Shown here: one piece after another, positions 1-9,594 of the stretch
How positions within the stretch are numbered: the stretch's first letter is position 1
How the letters are laid out: the number at the start of each line of letters is the position of its first letter
Source of the DNA: an uncultured archaeon
GTDB taxonomy: Archaea; Nanohalarchaeota; Nanosalinia; Nanosalinales; Nanosalinaceae
Reading direction: 5' to 3'
Assembly: GCA_964421955.1 (NCBI GenBank)
Contig: CAYQYU010000011.1
Coordinates: forward strand, 1-35,056
DNA: 35,056 nucleotides
Notes under the pieces: generated by a model
What the model saw: the letters and a program-made list of their open reading frames with translations, nothing else
Databases searched by the model: none
Told to the model about the DNA's origin: nothing
Made by a program: the position numbers and the translations under genes

Positions 1-659
1 CGATACCAGTAAGCAGAATATTCCACCCAGAAAAATACACCGCAGAAGGCAACCTGAACCAAAGACTCGAAAACTCAGGATACGACAGTCTCTGGAGACT
101 AGTAGCAATGAAAGCCCTTGACGGCGTATCCTCAGCCAACGACTCTATCAAGACTGCCGCACTAACAGCAGCCGAATACGAAACCGCCGGGAAAGACACC
201 GTAACCTTCAACATGAAAACCAACAACGAGGTACACGGACTGGGATTCGGGCTCACCGGCCTGACCTACAACGAAGACCAGCTAGAACAACAAGAAACCT
301 GGGGAATAGAAACAGACCCTGGAGAGAAAGAATTCATCTGGGACCTAGACGAAACCGAAACATACGTCAACCGAGGAACAAACATATTCCTCGACACAGA
401 AAAACCTGATAGCTGGTGGGGATGGAAAAGAATCGGAACACTAACTAATGAAATAGAAAACCTCGAAATAAACATACACGGCAGGAAAGAATGGGAAAAC
501 TTCCTCCGCAACCCTGACAAACAAAAAGGAATGAAATATCTCGACTCATCATGCATAACCGGATACATCAACCGCCACGCCACACAAAACGGACCACTAG
601 ACCAACTCCACAACGCCACACTAGAAGTCTACCCAGACAAAATAGAATACCGCCTATAA
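1..659 (+). CDS. Hypothetical protein, 5'-truncated by the window edge
   Basis: Frame 3 is open from nt 3 to TAA at 657-659 (IPVSRIFHPEK...MKALDG...IEYRL). No recognisable family. Strongly A/C-biased codons. Confidence 0.7.
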   Translation, partial: IPVSRIFHPEKYTAEGNLNQRLENSGYDSLWRLVAMKALDGVSSANDSIKTAALTAAEYETAGKDTVTFNMKTNNEVHGLGFGLTGLTYNEDQLEQQETWGIETDPGEKEFIWDLDETETYVNRGTNIFLDTEKPDSWWGWKRIGTLTNEIENLEINIHGRKEWENFLRNPDKQKGMKYLDSSCITGYINRHATQNGPLDQLHNATLEVYPDKIEYRL

Positions 660-666
660 ACCCTTT

Positions 667-3135
667 CTACGGCCCATTCAGGTTACTATCTGCCTGGTTA
701 GGTTTGTCGAGGAACGTCGTGTGGAAATAACTGCCCAGTGAAAGATCGCTTATCGCCCTGTTGTCATCGGTGATCTCGTTATCACCGCCCAGATTCTTGG
801 CCCACTGAGTGGTGCCTGTGCTCTTCTCTATCTTGAACTCGAACTTACACGAGTACTGGCTTACGCCAGCAACATTGACAGTGTCCGGCAGGAACACTGT
901 CTTGCTGAACGGGTTAGAACTCCCTGCAGGCGTGCTTGGAACAGAATAAGTGATCCAGCTCGTGGTCGAACCAGGAGTTTCACTGCTCTTCGGACCGGGA
1001 TAGCAGTCATACCTTATCTCCTCAATAGTTGCTGTAGTGGGTTTCTGGTCGTCCCAGGCATCAGCGAAAGAGCCCGGAGTCTCTGTTAAAGTGTTCTCCT
1101 CAAATACTGATTGGTTGAAGAATATCCCTGTCTTGAGGTTGGTGCTCCCCCCAGTGACCATGAGGTCTGGGACGAAGTACGGGGGCTTCCATGCCAGACT
1201 ACCAGAGCACTTCCAGCCGGTAAAAGTAGGATTATCCACGTATCGCCAGACCTGACCTGGAGGGCATCTACCGGCAAAGCCGCCGGGGAAGACCCTTTTG
1301 TTGGCGAGAGTCCCCGGATCTGAATTTATCTTATCATGTGCTTCTCCACTTGCGTTTGCCACGGTCCAGGAGTCGAGGTAGTCGCTGTACGTTGTGCCGA
1401 AGGCGCCGTTGCCGTCGCCCGCATAGTTATAGCCGTCACCCAGTTCAGTCATGTTTAATGGGTCATAGGCATTAGTAGAGTGAAGTGGCGGCAAGTAGCC
1501 GGTTGAGCCACCCGGGAAGGTTGTGAATGTACTGTCTGCGTATCTCTGCTCGGCTTCGTGGAGTGTCTGGTACTTGACATAGTCGTAGCCGCTGCTGTCG
1601 ACGTACTTTGAAGCCTCTGAGACCGATGCGCCATCTGAGATGCTCGGCATGTATTCTTCAGGCACAAAGTATTCCGCCATCGCGATCGGGTCGCCGTGAG
1701 AGCTGAAGGCGGAGTCCGGGACATCGCCGCACGCCGACTGGGCCGCGACTATCCGGGCAGGCGGATGATCCGTGACTGTTCCGTCCTGGTGGCATTTGAA
1801 GATCAATGGAGATGCCGAGGTAGTCGGATCTATTTCCGTGTCGTGGTACCAGCACGAGGTTCCTGGCGGGGAGACGCTTCCCGCGCCTGTTCCAGGATTG
1901 TAGTAGGCAATCCTGTTGTCGTCAGGGTCAAGTCCTCCCGGGTCTCCACCGACCAGTGGCTGGCATGTAGATACGCTTTCTGTGTCAGTGGGCGAACCAC
2001 AGTCAGGGTCTGTCGAAACTCCTGAAATCGTATAGGGACTACTTGAATGGTCTACAGTTCCGTCTCCATCATTGTCAAGGCCGTCTTCGCATTCAGCGAC
2101 CGGTTGCCATTCATAGGAGGAGCCGCCGGTGTTGACACACTTGCGCAGGTCCTGGCTCTCGCTCTTTTTAGAGACGTCCACTACTTGACCGGTCTCTCCT
2201 CCAAAGCCGGTCTGCATCCTGGCTCCTTTGCGGCAGATGAAGAAATGGGGGTCTCCACCACCGGCCTTTGTTATGCCCAGTGCAGGAAGATCATAGTAAT
2301 GTTCTGGTACATGGCCTGCTATCACGGGGCCTTCAAGGTTATAGGAATCTGCCTCATGGACAGGCGTACAATTAGAGAATATATCTACGTCAGTGTCACA
2401 TCCTTCCTTTCCTCCCGGTTCCAGATCGAAAGCAGTCTGGAAGGGTTCGTTTAGAACATCATCGGAGCCGAGGCTATCCGCTGAGATACCGCTGTGATCA
2501 GGTTTGGTATTGCTGTCTTCCACAGTAACAGAACTCAGGCTTCCACCAGACTCTATCAGGGATCCTTTTTCGACTTCATACCAGCCTGGATCGTCCGGAC
2601 CGTCTCCCGCACCTGCTAGCCCTATCCAGTCCGTCTCCTGGAGTAGAAGATAAGGCCCGTCTCCAGAAGGCGTACTGAATCCCCATCTGTTGAAAAAGGT
2701 CTGGCCATCATTGGTTAGCACGAAATCCCGTAGCTTCTCCTTGTTAACATCTACTTCACCAAAAAGAAACTTGCCCCGGTGCGGTTTATTCGGCATATTC
2801 TTCGCCTCTACAGTTAATGTTCCCGTACCCAGTACAGTTTCTGTACCTGAATCCTGAACCACTAACGCGTTCTCTCCATAGCCACATGGTATGGCGAGCG
2901 GCACAAAGAAGCTTGTAGAACTGCCGTATCTTCCTGAACTAAGACTTAAAGTTCTAGATGTTCCACAAACATTCATATCAACCGAGGGCGGACAGCTCCC
3001 GCCACTACAGGTTATGTCTGGCGTGAAACTGGAGCTGTAGGTAACAGTTGAATCTCCGACACTGAAGCTTTGAGCTGACGCAAGACCTGTAAAGGCGATG
3101 CCTAGAAATAGGATTACGACCAGCTTCCGCTTCAT
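667..3135 (-). CDS. Large secreted Cys-rich surface/extracellular protein (822 aa) with a putative Ca-binding DxDxDG motif
   Basis: Signal peptide MKRKLVVILFLGIAFTGLASA; S/T/G/P/D-rich; 18 Cys by manual count; motif ECEDGLDNDGDGTVD...DPDC; TATA-like TTTAAATTAA about 25 nt upstream. Confidence 0.8.
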   Translation of the reverse strand: MKRKLVVILFLGIAFTGLASAQSFSVGDSTVTYSSSFTPDITCSGGSCPPSVDMNVCGTSRTLSLSSGRYGSSTSFFVPLAIPCGYGENALVVQDSGTETVLGTGTLTVEAKNMPNKPHRGKFLFGEVDVNKEKLRDFVLTNDGQTFFNRWGFSTPSGDGPYLLLQETDWIGLAGAGDGPDDPGWYEVEKGSLIESGGSLSSVTVEDSNTKPDHSGISADSLGSDDVLNEPFQTAFDLEPGGKEGCDTDVDIFSNCTPVHEADSYNLEGPVIAGHVPEHYYDLPALGITKAGGGDPHFFICRKGARMQTGFGGETGQVVDVSKKSESQDLRKCVNTGGSSYEWQPVAECEDGLDNDGDGTVDHSSSPYTISGVSTDPDCGSPTDTESVSTCQPLVGGDPGGLDPDDNRIAYYNPGTGAGSVSPPGTSCWYHDTEIDPTTSASPLIFKCHQDGTVTDHPPARIVAAQSACGDVPDSAFSSHGDPIAMAEYFVPEEYMPSISDGASVSEASKYVDSSGYDYVKYQTLHEAEQRYADSTFTTFPGGSTGYLPPLHSTNAYDPLNMTELGDGYNYAGDGNGAFGTTYSDYLDSWTVANASGEAHDKINSDPGTLANKRVFPGGFAGRCPPGQVWRYVDNPTFTGWKCSGSLAWKPPYFVPDLMVTGGSTNLKTGIFFNQSVFEENTLTETPGSFADAWDDQKPTTATIEEIRYDCYPGPKSSETPGSTTSWITYSVPSTPAGSSNPFSKTVFLPDTVNVAGVSQYSCKFEFKIEKSTGTTQWAKNLGGDNEITDDNRAISDLSLGSYFHTTFLDKPNQADSNLNGP

Positions 3136-3177
3136 TACTCAACATTTTTTAGCGCCTTAATTTAAAGGTAACAGGAC

Positions 3178-4440
3178 TCACCGAGGAATTCTCCATAGCA
3201 GGCTGTTCGCGTTCTTCCTGAGCCGGGAAGAATCTCCGCCCGGGAACGCGCTCATGAGACCCATGTAGGAGACATCCTCTTCTTCCTGTTCCTCGTACTC
3301 CTTCCAGTATTTCTCGAGCTTCTGGTGGATTCCCGAGGTTTCTTCCTTCTTGTTTCCGACGCCACAGGTGTTTCCTATGCCCGCGACAACTACTGGTCCG
3401 TCAAATTCCTTTACAACTTCCTCGACCTTCTCCACCGCTATGTTCCAGCTCTCGTAAATCTCCTTCTTCATAGGCTTCGAGGCCTCTGGCGCGCTCTGTT
3501 TTATCACGACACCTTCAAGGGGCACGTCATGATCGGTCGCAGCCTCCTCAATCTTCGACTTCTCGACACCTGGGCCACCCATCATTACTCCCACGCCTTC
3601 CGAAACCTCGCCGGTTTCCTCGCCCTCGAACTTTGATGCCGCATCAACTGTGATTACTGCTTCGAGATCGTTTTCGTCCGCGAGCTGGTCGACCGCATCA
3701 CCGTACTTCCCGAGGCGGGCACCTGGACCCTTTGACTTCAGGATGTGTACTTCCTGGCCCGAGACCTCTTCTTCAGAATGAACTATGTCCTCGGAAATCT
3801 CTTCCGGCTCGTTCGATATCATCTTTGCCGCTACGAGAGGTCCGATCGCGTCGCCAATAGGTGCACGGTCAACGAAAGCTCTCGTCGCATCTCTCTGGGA
3901 CTCCGCTAGCTCCCGGTAGATAGGGAGCATCATCTGTATTATCGAGATCAGCTGTATTGTCCGGGTCTTGTTGATTAGCTGCCTGAAATGGCGGAGTACC
4001 TTGTAGATCTGGTGGGTTCCCATTACTCCCTTGAAGGCCATGTTCAGATCCGCGAGTTCTTCCTCGTCCTCTGTATCTGCGTTGCGTCTGATGAACCGAT
4101 CGAACTTGTTCTCCGATGAGTCAAGCACCAGTTCAAGCTTTCCGACGAGGCCCGCGGGATCGATACCTGTCGGCGCGGAAACCTTGAAGTCTCTCATCGA
4201 CTCGTATTTCCGCCTGAAGGATGAGTCAACATTGTCGGTCAAACGATTGAGGAACATTGCCTCAGCATCGTTCCGGTAGGTGTCGAGTTCTGTTAACGCG
4301 CTCTTCAGTTTCCGGTCGGTCTGCCAGATCATTATCCGCGGGAAGAAGAATATCATTCCGATGAAAAGCACGGATATCACTGTCTGGATTATCATGAAAA
4401 GAGAGTTGTCAGATCCCGGGAACAGTCCTGGTAGCACCAT
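3178..4440 (-). CDS. DUF1512 family membrane-anchored archaeal protein
   Basis: N-terminal TM helix; motifs PTGIDPAG, PIGDAIGPLVA, KSKGPG, ITVDAASKFEGEETG, GIGNTCGVG recalled as typical of DUF1512. Confidence 0.8.
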   Translation of the reverse strand: MVLPGLFPGSDNSLFMIIQTVISVLFIGMIFFFPRIMIWQTDRKLKSALTELDTYRNDAEAMFLNRLTDNVDSSFRRKYESMRDFKVSAPTGIDPAGLVGKLELVLDSSENKFDRFIRRNADTEDEEELADLNMAFKGVMGTHQIYKVLRHFRQLINKTRTIQLISIIQMMLPIYRELAESQRDATRAFVDRAPIGDAIGPLVAAKMISNEPEEISEDIVHSEEEVSGQEVHILKSKGPGARLGKYGDAVDQLADENDLEAVITVDAASKFEGEETGEVSEGVGVMMGGPGVEKSKIEEAATDHDVPLEGVVIKQSAPEASKPMKKEIYESWNIAVEKVEEVVKEFDGPVVVAGIGNTCGVGNKKEETSGIHQKLEKYWKEYEEQEEEDVSYMGLMSAFPGGDSSRLRKNANSLLWRIPR

Positions 4441-4502
4441 ACCTTTGTTGATTGAGCCCTATCTTTTTAACTTCACGACACAGGAATGTAGAGGTCTCTG
4501 GA

Positions 4503-5060
4503 CTAGTCTTTCAACTCTCCTATCATCCTGTCCATATTCTCCCGAGAGGGATTCGCTTCCATGATGGTCTCGTACACTGATCCGGGAACCAGTTGCTCCA
4601 GAATCTCTTTCCGGCCTTCTTCAATTCCCTGATCCTCTGCCTCCACGCTCACGGAATGCAGAACTATAGCGGCTGCATGGCTCTGGTTGATCGAATCGTA
4701 TTCCGCGGTCTCTATGTGGACGACCGAATCGCAGAGCTCGAGTTCTGTGTTGCTGAGGCCAGAGCTTTCACGGCCAATCATCACCGAGGTATTCTCCCTC
4801 GGCGTGAAACTCGAAATCTTCCGGCCGCGGCCGGGCTTGGTGCCGACGACGTAGTCCAGGTCTTTTACCGCCTCTTCCAGGTCTTCAAATATCCTTGCTT
4901 CTCTCAAAGTTCCCTGTGCCCGGGAGGCAGTCTTCCTCGCCTCCTCAAGGTTGAATCCCGGCTTGACCAGCCGTAGTTCGAATCCAAAGTTTTCACAGAG
5001 ACGGGCTATAAATCCGGTATTTTCTGGCTTCTCTGGTTCGACTATCACCGCGGCTCTCAT
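4503..5060 (-). CDS. trmJ: SPOUT RNA methyltransferase, TrmH/TrmJ (LasT) family
   Basis: VEPEKPENTGFIAR, IGRESSGLSNTELELCD and YDSINQSHA SPOUT motifs. Confidence 0.75.
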   Translation of the reverse strand: MRAAVIVEPEKPENTGFIARLCENFGFELRLVKPGFNLEEARKTASRAQGTLREARIFEDLEEAVKDLDYVVGTKPGRGRKISSFTPRENTSVMIGRESSGLSNTELELCDSVVHIETAEYDSINQSHAAAIVLHSVSVEAEDQGIEEGRKEILEQLVPGSVYETIMEANPSRENMDRMIGELKD

Positions 5061-5140
5061 GTTTTTCCCCGGTTTCTGCAGAGTTAAAGATGTTCTGGGG
5101 CGAGCTTATCTTTATATCCGGGCTCTTTCCAGTCTTTTCT

Positions 5141-5833
5141 ATGCTAGACGGGCGAATCCTGGCGGCGGTGCTTGCATCCATCGCGGCTATAGCGGTCGGT
5201 ATCAACGGTGGAGGTATAGCTCAGGGTCTTGACGCGGATCAGGTGAAGTCAAGCAGTATCAGCGCTCCCGGAGAGTTTTCATTCAACGAGCTTATGCCGG
5301 AGTCCCTGAGCTCCGTGACACAGTTTTTCCAGAACCCCGAACCAGAGAACAGTCTCAGGGCGTCTCTAGTGGCGGACGATATATCCGGCGAGACCCTGAA
5401 GGTCAGGAGAGCCTCTCTCACCGCGGACAACTTCACCTCTCTCGACTTTGGATCCAGGCACGCAGCATCCGACGGCGGGATAACGGTTTACGGCTTCACC
5501 GGGACAGTTGAACCTGCCTCGACCACGGATATTAGCGGCAGGGCGAACGGCTTCACCTCTAACGGTGTCAACATCTCCGGCCGGCTGAACTTCGAGAAAG
5601 AGATCGAGACCCGGAGGATTGAGCTTGAGGGTGTTGAGAGGACCCGACTGAAACTGGAGGATACCTCGGGCAGCATTAAGGCCAACTCGAGCACCACACG
5701 GATCAGGCAGGAGCGGCAGGTCAACATTAACTCTTTCTCCGGCGATATAACGGTCTTCCCCGAGAATAACAGCGTCATACTTGATGGAAAGGTCGACAGG
5801 CTGGAGTCTGGCTCGTTCAGCTTCGGCGGCTAA
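5141..5833 (+). CDS. Hypothetical secreted/membrane-anchored beta-rich protein
   Basis: Likely start ATG 5141 (MLDGRILAAVLASIAAIAVGI, hydrophobic N-terminus); TTTATA at about 5111 fits a leaderless start. Confidence 0.7.
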   Translation: MLDGRILAAVLASIAAIAVGINGGGIAQGLDADQVKSSSISAPGEFSFNELMPESLSSVTQFFQNPEPENSLRASLVADDISGETLKVRRASLTADNFTSLDFGSRHAASDGGITVYGFTGTVEPASTTDISGRANGFTSNGVNISGRLNFEKEIETRRIELEGVERTRLKLEDTSGSIKANSSTTRIRQERQVNINSFSGDITVFPENNSVILDGKVDRLESGSFSFGG

Positions 5834-6297
5834 TCTTCATCATCGTCTTTTCTAACCTTGTCAAGCACCACTTCCTTCACGTCCTTTGACTCCTCTCCTG
5901 TACTGTAGTCTTTGTCATCCTTCAGCTGCCTGAGCCTGTACTTCTTCCTGGCGTAAACGTACCCGTCCTGTAAAAGCTTCACCGGTATCGCTAACAGCCA
6001 CTTCAGTATCCTGTAGGGGATGCCCAGCACCATCGAGGCGATGCTGTAAACCGATGCGAGGAAGGTGTACCCCATGTAGAGTGTCGCACCTATGAATGCA
6101 AACAGCAGCACGCGTTCAAAAGACATCGTGTAGTTGAAGAAGTATGCCATTGCAACGTAGAATAGTCCGGAGAGCACCGAGGCAAGTATTGTCTCGAAAA
6201 CCATCTCCATTATCTTGAACGCGACCACGAATGCAACCACGAGCAGGATGAGAAGCAACAGGCTTCCAGAACCGGGGTCAATAGCTTGGAGCACCAT
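5830..6297 (-). CDS. Small multi-pass membrane protein
   Basis: 3-4 hydrophobic helices and a charged C-tail; starts 2 nt after the upstream surface-protein stop. Confidence 0.75.
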   Translation of the reverse strand: MVLQAIDPGSGSLLLLILLVVAFVVAFKIMEMVFETILASVLSGLFYVAMAYFFNYTMSFERVLLFAFIGATLYMGYTFLASVYSIASMVLGIPYRILKWLLAIPVKLLQDGYVYARKKYRLRQLKDDKDYSTGEESKDVKEVVLDKVRKDDDED

Positions 6298-6299
6298 TT

Positions 6300-9047
6300 T
6301 TACTCTCCGAGGACGCCGTAAAGAGGATCGCCCTCCTCAGGGATCATCGAGGTGTAGGCCACGAAGCCCACCAGGAGTACCACGAAAAGGGCCGCGACCG
6401 CGGGAAGAATGGGCAGTCCTCCTTCATTCTGGGTTGATCCTTGTCCGGTGCCACCTGTTCCATCCGTGTCTCCCCGGGAACCCGCTGATATCTGGCCTTC
6501 GATCGAGTCAAGCTCTGACCGGACGCTGTTATAGTTCTGCTCTGCCTGCTCGTAGTCCTCCTGCTGGTACAGGGTTTCGATCTGGGCGAGCTCTGTCTCA
6601 AGGTCCTGGAGCCTTGTCCTGGTATCTTCCGAGGTTGCCCTCGCCGTCAGGTCCTGTATTCTTGATTCGAGCGAGGAGGTCTGCTGGGCGTAGTTTGGAA
6701 CAGGGTTTGCAGTTACCGATATAGTTGCCGTGGCATCTCCCTGTGAAGTTTCGCCTGTTACAGTGACCGAACCCGACTCGTCCTGTACCTCAATGAACTC
6801 GAGTTCTCTAGTGGCGTTGGTATCTGCCTCAATCAGCCCGTACTCCATCGAGACATCGTAGACCGATGAGGATACTGAAACGTTTGTGATGTCGACTCCT
6901 CCCGTGTTCTGGAGTTCTATATCCGCAGTTGCGGAGCTTCCGCTCGGGAGGTATCCGAGATCGATGGACTCCGTGGCTCTAAGACCTGTGTCAGTTGGCG
7001 GAACATTCGATTCCAGACTTGTATTAAATGAAACCTCCTCGTCATCCGGGTTCCAGAACCTTACCGTTCCTGTGAAGTTGCCCGGAACCTCTAGCGAGTA
7101 GTTGAGCGTCACTGTCTCTGTATCGTTTACATCGTCAAGATCAATTGAAGCGGGGTCGAGTTCCAGATATGGCAGAATATCTCCGGTTACCGAGCCGTTC
7201 ACAGTTGTTGAGGAGTTGATTTTTCCGAGGTAGATCACGTCAACTGTCCTGATCATGCTTCCTCTCTCATCACCGGAGACGTTTTCCCAGTCATCAACGC
7301 TTTCCAGACAGAGGGTGCCGTTCCTGAGGTCGCAGTCCACACCTTCTATATCGATATCGAGCGCCTTAGAATAGTTGCTCTCCGCATCAGTGAACTCGAT
7401 TTCGCCCTCATAGTCATCGACATAAGTTATGTTGAAAGTTACCGTCGTGTTGGTCTTTCCGTCACCGGGCAGCGTTATATTGGTTCCGTTGTTAATCTCC
7501 GTGAAATTCTCTATGTCGCCCGTAACCTCGGCCTCAATCTCTCTCTGCGTTCCAAGCTTGTTCATCAGGGTGACGTTTACCTCGTGAATCCCTGTCTTGT
7601 TGAAATCTTCATCGATGTCATCCGAGACGTTGAAGCTGGCAGACGAATTCTGGACGTTGAAGCCTGACCCCAGACTCACCTTCTTGAGGTACTTGTTGAA
7701 GGCGACCACTTCCAGCTCATAGCTCCCTGGTTCTGCATCGGCCGGGATGTTCACCTCACGGGAGAAAAGTCCGTTAGAGTTACTGTATTCCATATCAGAG
7801 AGGTTGAAACCCTCGAAATGGTCGCCACCAGGTTCTGTAATGTTTATGGATGCATTCCTGAAACGCGAGGCGTTGAGAGGTTTCAGGGTGAAGTATCTTG
7901 CAAACAGCAGCTCGACATCGTGGCTGTCGCCCTGGTATATACTCGGAGAGCTCTTGTCCTGTATCCTGAAAGAACGGTAGGTAATGTTTCTCCTGATAAT
8001 GTGTGACCTTCCTGTGCCCGATGCGTTGTACTCGGCAATCACTTTCTCCGTGTAGTTGGAAGTGTTGATATCAGGTATTTCGAACGATCCGGAGAAGACA
8101 CCGTTGCCCTCCGACATTTCCTGCCACTCCTGTATCACCCAGTCACCGCTATTTCTTTCCTCAAGGAAGACTGTCAGGTTGACGTTTTCAGCAGTTGCCG
8201 AGGTGATGTTGAACTCTGTATCTATCGAGGCCCCCCTCTCACATTCGGTGAAGAACGTGTTGTTGTTGCAGCCCTCGGTCGTGTTCAGACTGATAACCTC
8301 TCCTTCAAGCTTCGGGAGGGTCTTGACAACCATAGAGTTGGAACCGTTCGCGTTCAGGTAAGATGCGCCTGTATAGGTGGCGTTAGCATGGACCACGTAG
8401 CTAGAGTTATAGGCCAGATCGAAATCTGCGCCAAAGTTCTTCCAGTAACTCCCGGACTCCTTGTTGTTTATTCCGGTTATGCCGGAGACCCAGCTGCCGT
8501 TTGTAATATAGAAATCGACCTCCAGTCCGGCATCGCCTTCAAATTCATTATTCCACTTGTCAGTGACATTGACCTTCAGATCCAGAGATGCGCCGGGATC
8601 AACTTTCCCATAGAACTCCTGGGTAAGAATTTCAACCGTCAGGTTCCCTATATTTAGCTCGCGGGTGACATTATCCTCGAAACCGTCGGAGGAATCATCC
8701 AGGAGCTCGAACTCTATAAATTTACCTCTGGTTGAGTTGACAGATATGTTGGCATAGTAGTACCCGCTGTTGAGATTGGTCATTTCCAGGTCCTCGCCAG
8801 TCTGGTTGTAGACGTAGTTGAGTACCGCATCATCGTTTGCCAGCCTCTCGGCATCGACGGGATCGTCATCGCTGTCTGTGAGGTTGACCACCTGGACGCT
8901 CCAGGTGTTGTTGGAGACATCGATATGCGAATACGGCTCGGAGAGAACGTTCAGGTTCCAGTTTGAGGACTGTGCCGCTGTTCCTGCTGACAGGAAGACC
9001 AGAAATAGGCCAAGAAACAGGAAGGTATGAAAACGTTTCAGCTCCAT
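6300..9047 (-). CDS. Large membrane-anchored cell-surface glycoprotein (about 915 aa; S-layer/adhesin-like)
   Basis: Real start probably ATG 9047 (MELKRFHTFLFLGLFLVFLSAGTAA signal peptide); more than 40 N-x-S/T sequons by manual count; beta-rich repeats, coiled coil, G/T linker and C-terminal TM helix. Confidence 0.8.
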   Translation of the reverse strand: MELKRFHTFLFLGLFLVFLSAGTAAQSSNWNLNVLSEPYSHIDVSNNTWSVQVVNLTDSDDDPVDAERLANDDAVLNYVYNQTGEDLEMTNLNSGYYYANISVNSTRGKFIEFELLDDSSDGFEDNVTRELNIGNLTVEILTQEFYGKVDPGASLDLKVNVTDKWNNEFEGDAGLEVDFYITNGSWVSGITGINNKESGSYWKNFGADFDLAYNSSYVVHANATYTGASYLNANGSNSMVVKTLPKLEGEVISLNTTEGCNNNTFFTECERGASIDTEFNITSATAENVNLTVFLEERNSGDWVIQEWQEMSEGNGVFSGSFEIPDINTSNYTEKVIAEYNASGTGRSHIIRRNITYRSFRIQDKSSPSIYQGDSHDVELLFARYFTLKPLNASRFRNASINITEPGGDHFEGFNLSDMEYSNSNGLFSREVNIPADAEPGSYELEVVAFNKYLKKVSLGSGFNVQNSSASFNVSDDIDEDFNKTGIHEVNVTLMNKLGTQREIEAEVTGDIENFTEINNGTNITLPGDGKTNTTVTFNITYVDDYEGEIEFTDAESNYSKALDIDIEGVDCDLRNGTLCLESVDDWENVSGDERGSMIRTVDVIYLGKINSSTTVNGSVTGDILPYLELDPASIDLDDVNDTETVTLNYSLEVPGNFTGTVRFWNPDDEEVSFNTSLESNVPPTDTGLRATESIDLGYLPSGSSATADIELQNTGGVDITNVSVSSSVYDVSMEYGLIEADTNATRELEFIEVQDESGSVTVTGETSQGDATATISVTANPVPNYAQQTSSLESRIQDLTARATSEDTRTRLQDLETELAQIETLYQQEDYEQAEQNYNSVRSELDSIEGQISAGSRGDTDGTGGTGQGSTQNEGGLPILPAVAALFVVLLVGFVAYTSMIPEEGDPLYGVLGE

Positions 9048-9078
9048 AGCTGGATTTATGCAAGGTTGATTAAAAAAT

Positions 9079-9594
9079 CTACTTATTTCTGAAAAGGTAG
9101 AGAGTCTCAAACCAGAGTTTTCGGGCATCCAGCTTCTCGATTTCAAATTTCTCTCCCAGCCTTTCAATATCTGACCGGGAACTCGCAATAAAGACCGTAA
9201 ATCCGCCTTCTTCCAGGTATTCTCCGACCTCCTCAAGAAATCTCTCCGTCAGCTCCACACCGGTCTTGCCGCCTTCAAGTTCCCGGTAATCGTTCCCGGG
9301 AAGATAGGGAGGGTTGAACACAATCACGTCGAACCGGTCTTCAATATTCTCAAACAGGTCGGATTCCACGAACTCTATCCGATCATCAACTTCCCGGTCA
9401 AGAGCGTTCTCCCTGGCGATTTCAAGCGCCTCTGGGTTTATATCAGATGCGACAACTTCCGCACCTTTTTCCGCGGCCGCCACCGCCAGTATCCCGGTGC
9501 CAGTTCCAACATCGAGCAGCTTCTTTCCCTCAAGATCAAGTGATTCGATGTATTCCTTCAGAAGGTAGGAGTCCTCCCTGGGCCGGTAAATCAT
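9079..9594 (-). CDS. HemK2/MTQ2-like protein methyltransferase (archaeal HemK-related)
   Basis: IYRPREDSYLL, LDVGTGTG SAM motif and NPPY; conserved position downstream of rsmA; ATGA overlap with the pyrG stop. Confidence 0.88.
   Translation of the reverse strand: MIYRPREDSYLLKEYIESLDLEGKKLLDVGTGTGILAVAAAEKGAEVVASDINPEALEIARENALDREVDDRIEFVESDLFENIEDRFDVIVFNPPYLPGNDYRELEGGKTGVELTERFLEEVGEYLEEGGFTVFIASSRSDIERLGEKFEIEKLDARKLWFETLYLFRNK

Noticed and set aside
9048-9236. N-terminal 63 aa of the 978-aa ORF
   Set aside because: Overlaps the HemK-like gene in another frame; the signal peptide and TATA spacing point to ATG 9047.
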